A stretch of DNA of 64,000 nucleotides from Dehalococcoidia bacterium (GCA_965116315.1 OZ220672.1:579208-643207), one strand, 5' to 3'; positions 9,900-19,747 are shown, counted from the stretch's first letter. Numbers and translations: made by a program. Notes: generated by a model not told the origin, from the sequence alone.

Positions 9900-11354
9900 T
9901 CACCAGCGGCTAATGACGACCTTGCGGTCTGTGTAGAAGTCGACCACCTCCCGGCTCTGGGGGTGGAGCGTGCCAAAGAAGGACTGCTTCATCCCTGCGA
10001 ACGGAAAGAAGGCCATCGGCGCCGCCACTCCGATGTTGATGCCGATGTTGCCAGCGTTGACCTGATACCGGAATTGCCTTGCTGCGCCTCCGCTGGTGGT
10101 GAACAGGCTGGCCGCGTTTCCGAAGGGCAGGTCGTTGATACGTCCGATGGCCTGGTCAAGGGTATCCACGGGCATTATGGAGGCGACCGGCCCGAATATC
10201 TCCTCTCGCGCGATGGACATGGTGGGTTGGACCTCGTCGAACACACATGGACCGACGAAGTACCCGGCCAGCTCCTCTTCCTGCCGGGCGTGGCGGCGGT
10301 CCACAAGGAGCTTCGCGCCCTCCTCTTCACCCGTCCGCACGTAGCTCAGCACCCGGTCCATCGCCTGTTGTGAGATCACTGGCCCCATCTCGGACGATTC
10401 GTCCCGACCGTTCCCGATTCTCAGGGCGCGGGCGCCCTCTACCAACCGCTCCCTGACAGGCCCGTGCGCTTCGCCTATGGGCACGACCACCGAGCCAGCC
10501 AGGCACCGCTGGCCGGCGGACCCGAAGATCGAGCTCATCAAGCCATCGATCGTCGTGTCCATGTCGGCATCCGGCATGACCACGAGAAAGTTCTTCGCCC
10601 CGCCGCCGCACTGGACGCGCTTGCCCTCGGAGGACGCTTTGGCGTAGACGTGCCTGGCCACAGGAGTAGACCCGACGAAGGACACCCCCCGTACGTCGGG
10701 ATGCTCGATAAGGGCATCGACCGCCTCCCTTGCGCCATGTACGAGGTTCACCACACCGTCCGGTATGCCCGCTTCGAGGGCCAGCTCCACGAACCGGGTC
10801 TGGGACCGCGGCACCTGCTCGGATGGCTTGATGATCACCGTGTTCCCCGTGGCGACCGCATAGGGAATGAACCACGTCGGGACCATCAGGGGGAAGTTGA
10901 ACGGGCCGATGACAGCGAAGACGCCAAGGGGCTGGCGGACCGCCTCGGCGTCGATGCCCCGGGCGATGTCCTCAAGCCCGTAGCCCATCATCAGCGACGG
11001 GATCCCTGCGGCCACCTCGACGTTCTCGATGGCACGCAGCACCTCACCTCGTGCGTCGTCAATGGTCTTGCCATGCTCTTCGGTGATTGTGGCGGCTAGC
11101 TCTTCGGCGTGCTCTTCCATCAGCGCCTTGAGGCGGAACAGGTACCGGGCCCGCTCGACCGGTGGCACCTCGCGCCATTCCGTGAACGCGGCGCGGGCCG
11201 CCTGTACGGCCTGGTGGACGTCGTCCGGCCCGGACACGGCGACCTCGTGAGTCGTGTCCGTCGTGGCGGGGTTCTCCAGTGCCAGCCACCGGTCCGTTTC
11301 GGGCGGCCCCCACCGGCCTCCAATGAGATTGAGGAGTCTACCGCGGTCATTCAT
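9900..11354 (-). CDS. mmsA: CoA-acylating methylmalonate-semialdehyde dehydrogenase
   Basis: Aldehyde dehydrogenase core with the MmsA-type C-terminus FFPFAGMKQSFFGTLH...FYTDRKVVISRW. Start placed at ATG 11354 (MNDRGRLLNLIGGRW); the 57 upstream codons of the track ORF look non-coding. Confidence 0.9.
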   Translation of the reverse strand: MNDRGRLLNLIGGRWGPPETDRWLALENPATTDTTHEVAVSGPDDVHQAVQAARAAFTEWREVPPVERARYLFRLKALMEEHAEELAATITEEHGKTIDDARGEVLRAIENVEVAAGIPSLMMGYGLEDIARGIDAEAVRQPLGVFAVIGPFNFPLMVPTWFIPYAVATGNTVIIKPSEQVPRSQTRFVELALEAGIPDGVVNLVHGAREAVDALIEHPDVRGVSFVGSTPVARHVYAKASSEGKRVQCGGGAKNFLVVMPDADMDTTIDGLMSSIFGSAGQRCLAGSVVVPIGEAHGPVRERLVEGARALRIGNGRDESSEMGPVISQQAMDRVLSYVRTGEEEGAKLLVDRRHARQEEELAGYFVGPCVFDEVQPTMSIAREEIFGPVASIMPVDTLDQAIGRINDLPFGNAASLFTTSGGAARQFRYQVNAGNIGINIGVAAPMAFFPFAGMKQSFFGTLHPQSREVVDFYTDRKVVISRW

Positions 11355-11494
11355 CGAGTCCCTCGCATTAGCAGCACCAATTGTCGCAAGAGTATACGCG
11401 GACGGTAGCTGACCTGCCATACGGTTGAGCTGCTTCAGGATGACCTGCAGTGCCCAGCAAGTTCGGGCCATGCTTGAATGAACATGTGTGCTAT

Positions 11495-11599
11495 CAAAGC
11501 AGTATAGGTACGCCGACGATGCCAACGTCGGGCTCGGCGGGTTCGGCGCCGGTGCTGTCGAGGACGAGGCCGTTGCGTATGGCTACCTGGAAGTCCATC
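11495..11599 (-). pseudogene. Relic 5' fragment of a D-aminoacylase gene (34 codons then stop)
   Basis: The minus-strand ATG at 11599 gives MDFQVAIRNGLVLDSTGAEPAEPDVGIVGVPILL*, which parallels DFDIAIRNGLVLDGTGTGPVKADLGIVG of the intact gene. DNA 11557-11596 matches 9811-9850 at about 34/40 positions. Confidence 0.6.
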
Positions 11600-12800
11600 G
11601 CTGGCGAGATGCAGGTTGGAGAGACTGGGTTGCGCCCAGCCAGGGACGGTATACCCTGCCGGCCTTGATGGTGCGTTCGTGGGTGAGGCGCTTCGAGGCC
11701 TCGACCGACGATGGCGCCTCCCAGCGTGTCCCGCCCAGCGACGTGGCCGTGCTGAGGCGGTCCCTGAGTGTGAAGCGCCCCTCCTCGAGCCGCAGGAGCG
11801 TGACGTCGCCGTGGGCGCCGGGTTTCAGTGTGCCCAGCTTGCCGTCCTTTCTGATTACCCGCGCCGTGGCGTCGGTGCAGCGGCTGATGACGTCGTCGAG
11901 GGACATGCCCAGGTGCATGAACTTGGACATGGTCGTCACCAGGTCGTACACCGGGCCCTCGATGTTGTCTATGTGCAGGTCGCTGCTGATCGTTCCGGGC
12001 ATGACGCCTTCGGACAGCGCTTTCTCGGCAGCGGGGAAGGAGAAGCCGCCCGCGCCGTGGCCCACGTCGATGACGACGCCCCGGGCCTGGGCCTCCTTCA
12101 TCCCCTCGATCACGGCGCCCGCATCATCCAGAACGCCGTCGGCGAACCCGTGGAAGGAGTGGGTGACGGCGTCACCGGGCCGGAGCATGCGCATCAGGTC
12201 GGGCAGGGGAGTTGCGCTGTTGCCGACGTGGATCATCACGAAGCCGCCGATGGCCTCGGCTGCTTCGATGGCGCGCTTCAGGCTATCGACGTCATTGGCC
12301 GCCGCCTGGACCCGGCCCAGGCGCGCCTTGATTCCCACGACCACGTCGCTGTTGAGGTTACCGGCCTCGACCGCCTGGCCGACGTCGGCTATGTTCATGT
12401 GGTGCAGCTCAGCATTGTCGTGGAACACCATGCCGGCGGCCGAGATGTTGAGCAGGGCGTAGAGCCGCGTGTCCGCGCGGTCCATGACGTGGCTGCGGAA
12501 GGCGGGGAAGGTCCACGCGCCCGCGGAGCCGGCGTCCACGGCGGTGGTGACGCCGCGGCTGATGTTGCCCGCGTCAGGCTCTATGCCGTAGGTCGAGCCT
12601 CCCCAGAAGGCGTGCACGTGCAGGTCCATCAGCCCTGGCGAGACGATCAGGCCCGTGGCGTCGATGGTCTCGGCGGCATCGCCGTCTATTGAGGGCTCGA
12701 CGGCGGCCACGAGCCCGTTCTCCAGCGCAACGTCGCGGACGGCGTGCAGGCCCTGGGACGGGTCGACTACGGTCCCTCCCTTGATAAGCAGGTCGTACAA
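11583..12800 (-). CDS. Amidohydrolase/deacetylase family metallohydrolase (dihydroorotase-like)
   Basis: MYDLLIKGGTVVDPSQG...ATGLIVSPGLMDLHVHAF (HxH metal site) and GVTTAVDAGSAG motifs. 405 aa. Confidence 0.8.
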   Translation of the reverse strand: MYDLLIKGGTVVDPSQGLHAVRDVALENGLVAAVEPSIDGDAAETIDATGLIVSPGLMDLHVHAFWGGSTYGIEPDAGNISRGVTTAVDAGSAGAWTFPAFRSHVMDRADTRLYALLNISAAGMVFHDNAELHHMNIADVGQAVEAGNLNSDVVVGIKARLGRVQAAANDVDSLKRAIEAAEAIGGFVMIHVGNSATPLPDLMRMLRPGDAVTHSFHGFADGVLDDAGAVIEGMKEAQARGVVIDVGHGAGGFSFPAAEKALSEGVMPGTISSDLHIDNIEGPVYDLVTTMSKFMHLGMSLDDVISRCTDATARVIRKDGKLGTLKPGAHGDVTLLRLEEGRFTLRDRLSTATSLGGTRWEAPSSVEASKRLTHERTIKAGRVYRPWLGATQSLQPASRQRWTSR

Positions 12801-12953
12801 GGTCTTTTCTCCCCAGTGGTTTGGCCAGGCGCTTACTGCAAGACTGGCGGACGGAGTATATCCTGTTTGCGTATAGGTTGGATTGGTCGCCAGTGGTCGG
12901 AGGGATGTCTCGTCGCCTGAAGGGGCCCTCGCGCGGCCTCGAAATCTACGGCG

Positions 12954-12984
12954 AGGGGAGGGCGGGTTTGAAACCCGCCCCTAC
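12954..12984. repeat. REP-like palindrome, family A (GGGCGGGTTTGAAACCCGCCCCTAC)
   Basis: Perfect arms GGGCGGGTTT/AAACCCGCCC in a divergent intergenic region. Other copies: 31261-31284, and one split by an IS at 17454-17470 / 19175-19195. Confidence 0.7.
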
Positions 12985-13011
12985 GACGACACATTTGTTC
13001 GGAGGTGAGGA

Positions 13012-13758
13012 ATGGGCTCGCATGAATTCTCATTGAAGGGGAGGGTCTGCCTGGTGACCGGGGGTTCCCGGACGCTTGGGGCATCCATCGCGCGGGCGCT
13101 GGCCGAGCGCGGGGCCGACGTTGCGGTCAACTACAACCGGTCTACGGACGCGGCAGGGGACCTGTGCGAAGAGCTGCGTGCTCTCGGCTCTAGGGCTGAG
13201 CCGGTCCAGGCAGACGTGGGGGACCCTGTCCAGGCGTCGCGGATGGTGGCCGAGGTGTGGGAGCGCTTCGGCAGGGTCGACGTGCTGGTCAACAATGCCG
13301 GTCCCTACGTCGACAAACCCTACCTGGAGCTGGACGTGGCCGACTTCGACCACATCATGGAGACGAACGTGCGCGCGACCTACGTGGTGACGAGAGAGGC
13401 GGGCGTGCGCATGAAAGACGTGGGCGGCGGATGCGTGGTCAACATAGCCGCCACGAGCGCTTTCGGGAATGTGCACAGCGTCTACGGCCTGGCGAAGGCG
13501 GGCGTGGTGCACCTCACGCGGCAGCTTGCCATCGAGCTTGCGCCGGAGGTCAGGGTGAACTGCCTGGCGCCGGCGCTGATTGCCGACAACGAGGGCATGG
13601 ACCCGGCGAAGGCAGCCGAGGTCGTGGAGGGGACGCCGCTGGGACGGCTAGTGACGAGGGCCGAGATCGCGGAGGCGCTCTGCCTGCTGTGCGGCCCGGC
13701 CTTCGGGAGTGTCACCGGGCAGACCGTAGTGATGGATGGGGGGCACTCGATGGCCTGA
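13012..13758 (+). CDS. SDR family oxidoreductase (FabG-like)
   Basis: LVTGGSRTLGASIA Rossmann motif, NNAG, and the Y..AK catalytic motif (YGLAKAG). GGAGGTGAGG precedes the ATG. Confidence 0.85.
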   Translation: MGSHEFSLKGRVCLVTGGSRTLGASIARALAERGADVAVNYNRSTDAAGDLCEELRALGSRAEPVQADVGDPVQASRMVAEVWERFGRVDVLVNNAGPYVDKPYLELDVADFDHIMETNVRATYVVTREAGVRMKDVGGGCVVNIAATSAFGNVHSVYGLAKAGVVHLTRQLAIELAPEVRVNCLAPALIADNEGMDPAKAAEVVEGTPLGRLVTRAEIAEALCLLCGPAFGSVTGQTVVMDGGHSMA

Positions 13759-13820
13759 ACGGCTAGTATCGAGGCCGTTTTTTCGTTGTGGTTAGGCAGG
13801 TTTCGTAGCTGATGTGCCCA

Positions 13821-14050
13821 CTGGCACAGCCGACGGGTCACAGGCAAGCCTTGCTTTCCGCAGCGCGAGAGCCCCCATCCTAACCTTCCCCCTCGGGGGG
13901 AAGGGACAAGCCCGCCTCCCATTGGCACAGTCGACGGGTCACAGGCAAGCCTTGCTTTCCGCAGCGCGAGAGCCCCCATCCTAACCTTCCCCCTCGGGGG
14001 GAAGGGACACGCCGTCTCCCCTCAACCTTCCCCCTCGGGAAGGGACAGGC
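13821..14050. repeat. Tandem array of a composite 101-bp intergenic repeat (family B), two full units plus one partial
   Basis: 13821-13908 and 13922-14009 are near-identical (..GGCACAG(C/T)CGACGGGTCACAGGCAAGCCTTGCTTTCCGCAGCGCGAGAGCCCCCATCCTAACCTTCCCCCTCGGGGGGAAGGGACA). A third partial hairpin lies at 14020-14050. Confidence 0.85.
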
Positions 14051-14105
14051 CGCTTCCCGTCAACTCTGAGACACGCGCCTGTCGTGGAATCGGGGTCGGC
14101 CCGCT

Positions 14106-14978
14106 TTAGTGCAGGGTGTCGCCGCCGGGGTAGGGCTGTGCGGTGCGGCCGGTCTGCCAGCGGGCGAAGGCCAGCCGGTTGCGGACGGTGCTGTACGTCA
14201 GCGCTGCCATGAAGGCGGCGGCCGAGATAAGCACGACCGAGGGTCCCGACGATATGTCGAGGTACCAGCTCGCGTAGACGCCGCACAGGCCGCACAGGGC
14301 GCCGATCGCCGTGGAGAGGAGCATCATGCGGTTGAAGTCGCCGGTGAGGAGGCGGGCCGCGACGGGCGGGATTACGATGGCCGCCGCGATCATCGTCACG
14401 CCCAGGATCTGCAGCGACACCACTATGACGCCGGCGAGCGTCAGGGCAAACATGGCATCCACCCACGCCGTCGGCACGCCGTAGAACCCCGCGACCTCCG
14501 GCTCGAACGTCGTGAAGAGCAGGTACTTGTAGCCGACGACGATCACCGCCAACGCAGCCAGGCTCACGGCGACCACCGCGAACAGGTCACTCTCGCTCAC
14601 AGCCAGCACGTTGCCGAACAGGGCGGCCTCGAAGCTGCGGGTGAAGCTCTTGAACCTGCTGATGAGCGCCACGCCCAGCGCAAAGCTCGACGTCGTGACG
14701 ATGCCTATGGCCGCGTCGGCCCCTATGTTGCGCTTGCGAGCCGCCAGGTTGATCAGCATCGCGGACACGAAGCCCCAGATGCTTGCGCCTATGAAGAAGT
14801 TGATGGACATGACGTAGCTGGCGACGGCCCCGCCGAATATCGCGTGGGACAGGCCGTGGCCGACGTAGGCCATGCGCCTGAGCACTACGTACACGCCGAT
14901 CATGCCGCACAGCCCGCCGACGAGCGAGGCGACGATCAACCCCCTGAGGAAGAACTCGTACTGAAACGGCGCCAGCAT
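14106..14978 (-). CDS. Metal (Zn/Mn-type) ABC transporter permease
   Basis: MLAPFQYEFFLRGLIVASLVGGLCGMIGVYVVLRRMAYVGHGLSHA is typical of ZnuB/MntB/TroC permeases. The start sits next to the upstream ATPase stop. Confidence 0.85.
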   Translation of the reverse strand: MLAPFQYEFFLRGLIVASLVGGLCGMIGVYVVLRRMAYVGHGLSHAIFGGAVASYVMSINFFIGASIWGFVSAMLINLAARKRNIGADAAIGIVTTSSFALGVALISRFKSFTRSFEAALFGNVLAVSESDLFAVVAVSLAALAVIVVGYKYLLFTTFEPEVAGFYGVPTAWVDAMFALTLAGVIVVSLQILGVTMIAAAIVIPPVAARLLTGDFNRMMLLSTAIGALCGLCGVYASWYLDISSGPSVVLISAAAFMAALTYSTVRNRLAFARWQTGRTAQPYPGGDTLH

Positions 14979-14979
14979 C

Positions 14980-15881
<902 letters not shown>

Positions 15882-15882
<1 letters not shown>

Positions 15883-16892
15883 TACTCTGGGTAGACCGCC
15901 CCGCTCTCACCTTCGAATACCGGCCCAGCGTCGAACCCTGACAGTGCCTCAGCGCTTCCGCCCAAGGACTCGACCATGACCTCGACGTTGGTGAGCATCA
16001 GGCCCATGTAGGAGTGGCGGGGGTCGCCGTGGGACCCGGGCAGGTCGTCATCCCTGAGCTGGTCGATGAACACCGCGCCGCCCTCCTTGGCAATCTGCTC
16101 CATCACGGGGCTGGGGAAGACCTCAGAGCCGAATATGGCGGGGACGCCCGACTCCCTCACCTGGTCGATGAGCCCTGCCACGTCGCGGGCTGACGGCTCG
16201 GTGAAATCCGAAGGCTGGACGGCGCCCACGATCTCCAGCCCGTAACGGGGCCCGAAGTAGGGGAACGAGTCGTGGTATGTAAGCAGCTTCCGGTTCGCGG
16301 GCGGGATGGTGCCCACCGCCTCCGAGATTCGCCTGTCGAGGTCTTCGAGGCGAACCTTCAGCTTCTCGTAGTTCTCGCTGTAGTAGTCCGCATTGCCGGC
16401 GTCCAGCTTTGCGAGCTCGTCCCGTATGAGCTCGGCGTACTTCATTGCCAGCACGGGGCTGGTCCACAGGTGCGGATTGGGATGCCCGCCGTCCTCCGGG
16501 AATGAGAAATCGAACACCCACTCGTCGCGGGAGATGGCGCGGTCGGCCAGGGCGAGGATGACGGCGCCGGGCTTCTTGTTGGCCTCCGCCATCTCCAGCG
16601 ACGGCTCCTCGAGGAACAGGCCGTTCAGCACGATCAGGTCTGCCTCCGACAGTACCTGGGCCACCGACGGGGCCGGCTCGAACGTGTGGGAGTTCGTGCC
16701 CTCGGGAACGATGCCCTCCAGGCGGATCCTGGTGCCGCCCACGTTCTCGGCCAGGCTGGTGATGGGCGACACGGTCGTGACAACCCTGAGCGCACCGGAG
16801 TCTGCGGTTTGCGTGTCACCGTCGCCCTGGCCTCCGCAGGCCGTCGCCGCAAGGGCAGCGACGGTGAGGGACAAGCAAATGACAGCCCGCAT
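15882..16892 (-). CDS. Metal ABC transporter substrate-binding lipoprotein (ZnuA/TroA family)
   Basis: Start set at ATG 16892 (MRAVICLSLTVAALAATACGG, lipobox). TroA-like body, in an operon with the ATPase and permease. Confidence 0.85.
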
Positions 16893-16918
16893 CGCGGGAG
16901 GCCATGCGCGTATCAGCA

Positions 16919-17338
16919 TCAACGGCAGCACTTGCACACTCCGAATATTGCGAAATGGTCTATGTCGGCCTGGAAGCCGTGGTCCTCGAGCAGCTTTGCG
17001 CCCAGCTCCGCCAGGTTGCCGTCGTCCAGCAGGATGACCCTGTCGCAGCTTCGGCATATGAGGTGGTGGTGCCGCTCGCGCTCCACCCACTCGTACATCG
17101 ACTCGCCCACGCCCATGTCCGTCTCGGACACGAGCCTCATGTCCTTCAGCACCGCCAGCGTGCGGTAGACCGTGGACGCGTCTATGTAGGGGTAGGAGGT
17201 CTTGACCCTGTCGAGTATCTGCGCGGCGGTGACGTGCTCGCCGGCGTGGCGGACCTCCGAGAGGATCATGAGGCGCTGGGGAGTGGGGCGGTGGCCCGAC
17301 TCCTTGAGGGCTTGTACGGTCTTGATCTCGCAGCTCAT
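16919..17338 (-). CDS. Fur family transcriptional regulator (Zur-like)
   Basis: MSCEIKTVQALKESGHRPTPQRLMIL...HHHLICRSCDRV...CKCC (two CxxC pairs). Start at ATG 17338 downstream of a consensus promoter. Confidence 0.85.
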   Translation of the reverse strand: MSCEIKTVQALKESGHRPTPQRLMILSEVRHAGEHVTAAQILDRVKTSYPYIDASTVYRTLAVLKDMRLVSETDMGVGESMYEWVERERHHHLICRSCDRVILLDDGNLAELGAKLLEDHGFQADIDHFAIFGVCKCCR

Positions 17339-17368
17339 GGGGTTACCTTGAAGCTCTGTGGACGAGCA

Positions 17369-17397
17369 ATCATACGGAAACAGCGTGTTAGTGTCAA
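17369..17397 (-). promoter_or_regulatory. Sigma70-like promoter of the Fur-family/metal uptake operon
   Basis: Minus strand reads TTGACA (17397-17392), a 17-nt spacer, then TATGAT (17374-17369). AAGGT Shine-Dalgarno lies before ATG 17338. Confidence 0.5.
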
Positions 17398-17470
17398 ATG
17401 CAAGTATTTGCAAGAAATGATAGATGCGGCCTGCTGGGCGGATTGCCGGCGGAGGGAGGGCGGGTTTCAA

Positions 17471-19174
17471 GAGCCTGTTTCAGTAGGTGGGATTGGCTAT
17501 TGAGACCTGTGGGTATGTTGTCACGCTTGTGGGATGCAAGGCCTGGGGCGCAGCAGGAGTTCGAATGCGCGGGTGATAATCACCTGGACCACGAGATATG
17601 CCGGTGCTGTGGTGTTGACAGCGGCTCGCAAGCCACGGTTTGCCTGGAGTGCGGGGCCCCACCCACCAATCCGATCTATCGTGGCTCGCCACATCCGCCA
17701 GAGGGTGCGCAGGTTGAAGGCGGTGGCGAGCAGGGTCCACTCGGCAACGACGTTCGCTTTCCCTCGCAGCAGGAATCGCCGCCCTCCCTGCTGCTCCTTG
17801 ATGATCCCGAAGACCGGCTCGACTATGTACTTTCTCTGGCTGTAGGCCTCAATGGCTTCGTCAGTGGACATCCAATCCCGATGGCGACGCAACAGTGTCT
17901 CGTGCGGCCCGACCTCAAGTGCTCGCCCGTGTCGCCCGTCCTTCGTACAGACCCCGAAGGCCGGGCAGGCCCGGCAGACGGTCCCGGAGGCGCGGTACAG
18001 ACGCATCGGCACTCCTCGAGTCCGCTTCAATCTGGCGAATCGAAGCCGATGGCCTTGCGGGCAGTCATATGTGTCGCCCGTCTCGTCGTAGATGAAGCGG
18101 TCCTTGTGGTAGGGGCTCGACAGGGCCCGGTTCTGTGACTCGGGCATCGCCACGAGCTGCTCGCGGCGGGCACACTCCTCAAGCGCGCTCCCAGAATGGT
18201 ATCCGGCGTCGGCCAGCGTCATCTCCGCCTTATGTCCAGTCGTCTCCTCGGCCTTGTCCATCATTGGACACAACTGAGACGCGTCGTTCGGCTCATCCAC
18301 CACGTCGACCGCCGTGATCAGCATACCGGACTGGCCGTCGCCATCCTCCACAGGCGAGACCACCGCCTGTGCGTTGTAGGCCGGCATGATGCCTTGACGC
18401 GTCTTGATGAACCGCGCATCCTTATCGGTCAGGTTGAGACCCTTGCCGCCATCCTCGTCCGAAAGCTCGGTCAACGCCTCACGCAATTGGTCCCTCAGGG
18501 CCTTGCGGTCTCTCAACGCGTCTGGCAACTGGGCTGACGCCGACTCTTCCCCTGCCTCGTTCTGCGCCTCCAACTCGTCTATCTCCCGCTCCAACCGGCC
18601 CAACAACCGGCCCAGCCCGTCGGCATCGTATGTCCGGTCTGCCGCCGCATCCGCACCCACCTTCGTCCCATCCACTGCCTGTACAGCCAACTTGACCAGG
18701 TCCATCTTCACCGCAGTGCGCACCGTCCGCTCCAACAGCTTGCGCATCCCCTCCCTATGCATACTGTAGAACCGCCACAGCGTCACGTGATCCGGCTGCT
18801 GGCAGCCCGTCAGCCACATGTAGGGAATCTGCTCCCGGCAGGCCAACTCCAACTTCCGGCTCGAACGCACTCCCATCATGAAGCCGTAAACCCACACGCT
18901 CAACATCGCGCGTGGATGGTAGGCTGGCGCTCCCTGCTGGTTCCCATCTACGTCGATTCCAAGTTCAGACCACTCGTCAGGGCTGAGCGCATCCACGAAC
19001 TCGGCTACGAACCGAGCTGCATGGCCTGGCGGCAGCCATTCATCAGGACTCGGCGGCAACATCCATATCTGCTCACGGCTCATCGGTCGATGCGGCATCT
19101 CTGTTCACCCAAGAGCATGACAAACCTGACCTTCTCCCTGACAATACCCCATCTCAGACTAATGAAACAGGCTC
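17471..19174 (-). mobile_element. IS1182-family insertion sequence (1704 bp)
   Basis: Terminal inverted repeats GAGCCTGTTTCAGTAG (17471-17486) and reverse complement GAGCCTGTTTCATTAG (19174-19159), 15/16 identical. Flanked by a direct TCAA duplication (17467-17470 and 19175-19178). Single transposase ORF. Confidence 0.8.
17521..19098 (-). CDS. IS1182 family DDE transposase
   Basis: 525 aa. The N-terminus MSREQIWMLPPSPDEWLPPGHAARFV...YHPRAMLSVWVYGF...SSRKLE and the DAGYHSG segment are typical of IS1182/IS5-like transposases. Confidence 0.9.
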   Translation of the reverse strand: MPHRPMSREQIWMLPPSPDEWLPPGHAARFVAEFVDALSPDEWSELGIDVDGNQQGAPAYHPRAMLSVWVYGFMMGVRSSRKLELACREQIPYMWLTGCQQPDHVTLWRFYSMHREGMRKLLERTVRTAVKMDLVKLAVQAVDGTKVGADAAADRTYDADGLGRLLGRLEREIDELEAQNEAGEESASAQLPDALRDRKALRDQLREALTELSDEDGGKGLNLTDKDARFIKTRQGIMPAYNAQAVVSPVEDGDGQSGMLITAVDVVDEPNDASQLCPMMDKAEETTGHKAEMTLADAGYHSGSALEECARREQLVAMPESQNRALSSPYHKDRFIYDETGDTYDCPQGHRLRFARLKRTRGVPMRLYRASGTVCRACPAFGVCTKDGRHGRALEVGPHETLLRRHRDWMSTDEAIEAYSQRKYIVEPVFGIIKEQQGGRRFLLRGKANVVAEWTLLATAFNLRTLWRMWRATIDRIGGWGPALQANRGLRAAVNTTAPAYLVVQVIITRAFELLLRPRPCIPQA

Positions 19175-19357
19175 TCAAACCCGCCCCTACGAACGAGATT
19201 AGTCCGACGTGGCGGGTGGTATGGGCAAGGTTAGCGAGGAGGTCCCGGCGTGGCGGGCGTGCGGGCCAACGCTGGTATTCGGCCACCCGGATATAGTTTC
19301 AGGGGGCGCTAGGAAGTGGGGAATGAGGGGTCGGGACTCAGGAGGTTGGACGCCGGG

Positions 19358-19747
19358 CTACGTGCTTATGAGAACCCCATTCGCGCGCAACCCGGCCGAG
19401 TGGGCGATGCCGTTGACCGCCGCGGTGAACAGGTCCCACTCGCTGCGCAGGCAGACGAGCCGTTCCCTGCCCAGGGGGGTAATGTGGTAGTAGCGGCGGC
19501 TCTGGCCGGACTTCGCCTCTTCCCACTCACCCTCTACGAGCCCGTCGCGCTCGAGCCTGTGAAGGGCGGGGTAGAGGGTGCCCTCCTTGAGCTGGAAGTA
19601 CCCGTCGCTTCGCCGGTCGATCTCCTTGACGAGCATGTAGCCGTACATCGACTCATCGGACAGGAGCGACAGGATCAGCGTCTCGGTGCTCCCCTTAAGC
19701 AGCTCTCGCCTGTATGACTGGAGGACGGTTTCCCGGTGAGTGCACAT
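19358..19747 (-). CDS. PadR family transcriptional regulator
   Basis: LLKGSTETLILSLLSDESMYGYMLVKEI...LKEGTLYPALHRLERDGLVEGEWE...RRYYHITPLG. ORF open to 19777; the ATG at 19747 is preferred. Confidence 0.85.
   Translation of the reverse strand: MCTHRETVLQSYRRELLKGSTETLILSLLSDESMYGYMLVKEIDRRSDGYFQLKEGTLYPALHRLERDGLVEGEWEEAKSGQSRRYYHITPLGRERLVCLRSEWDLFTAAVNGIAHSAGLRANGVLIST

Noticed and set aside
11355-11525. N-terminal 57-codon extension of the mmsA ORF (track start 11525)
   Set aside because: The extension (MASSAYLYCFDSTHVHSS...) has no counterpart in aldehyde dehydrogenases and lies in an AT-richer, non-coding-looking stretch. The canonical N-terminus starts at ATG 11354. Analogous over-extended track starts were trimmed for the Fur-family gene (17470 to 17338), the binding protein (17090 to 16892), the permease (15050 to 14978), hisG, hisD, grpB, sdhA and the IS110 transposase.
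12821-13084. Short ORFs translating repeat elements (e.g. 12821-13036+, 13981-14466-, 36429-36632-, 31230-31499-, 25299-25499+)
   Set aside because: Their only conserved-looking peptide stretches (..AGLKPAPT.., ..VRPELVEG.., ..SPHPLGKLRTGS..) are simply translations of the palindromic repeat families. They have no start signals and overlap real genes or repeats.
13821-14050. Possible CRISPR array (regularly spaced repeats)
   Set aside because: The whole 101-bp unit, including the would-be spacer, is duplicated. There are no unique spacers, only two to three units, no cas genes, and the repeat belongs to a dispersed REP/MITE family.
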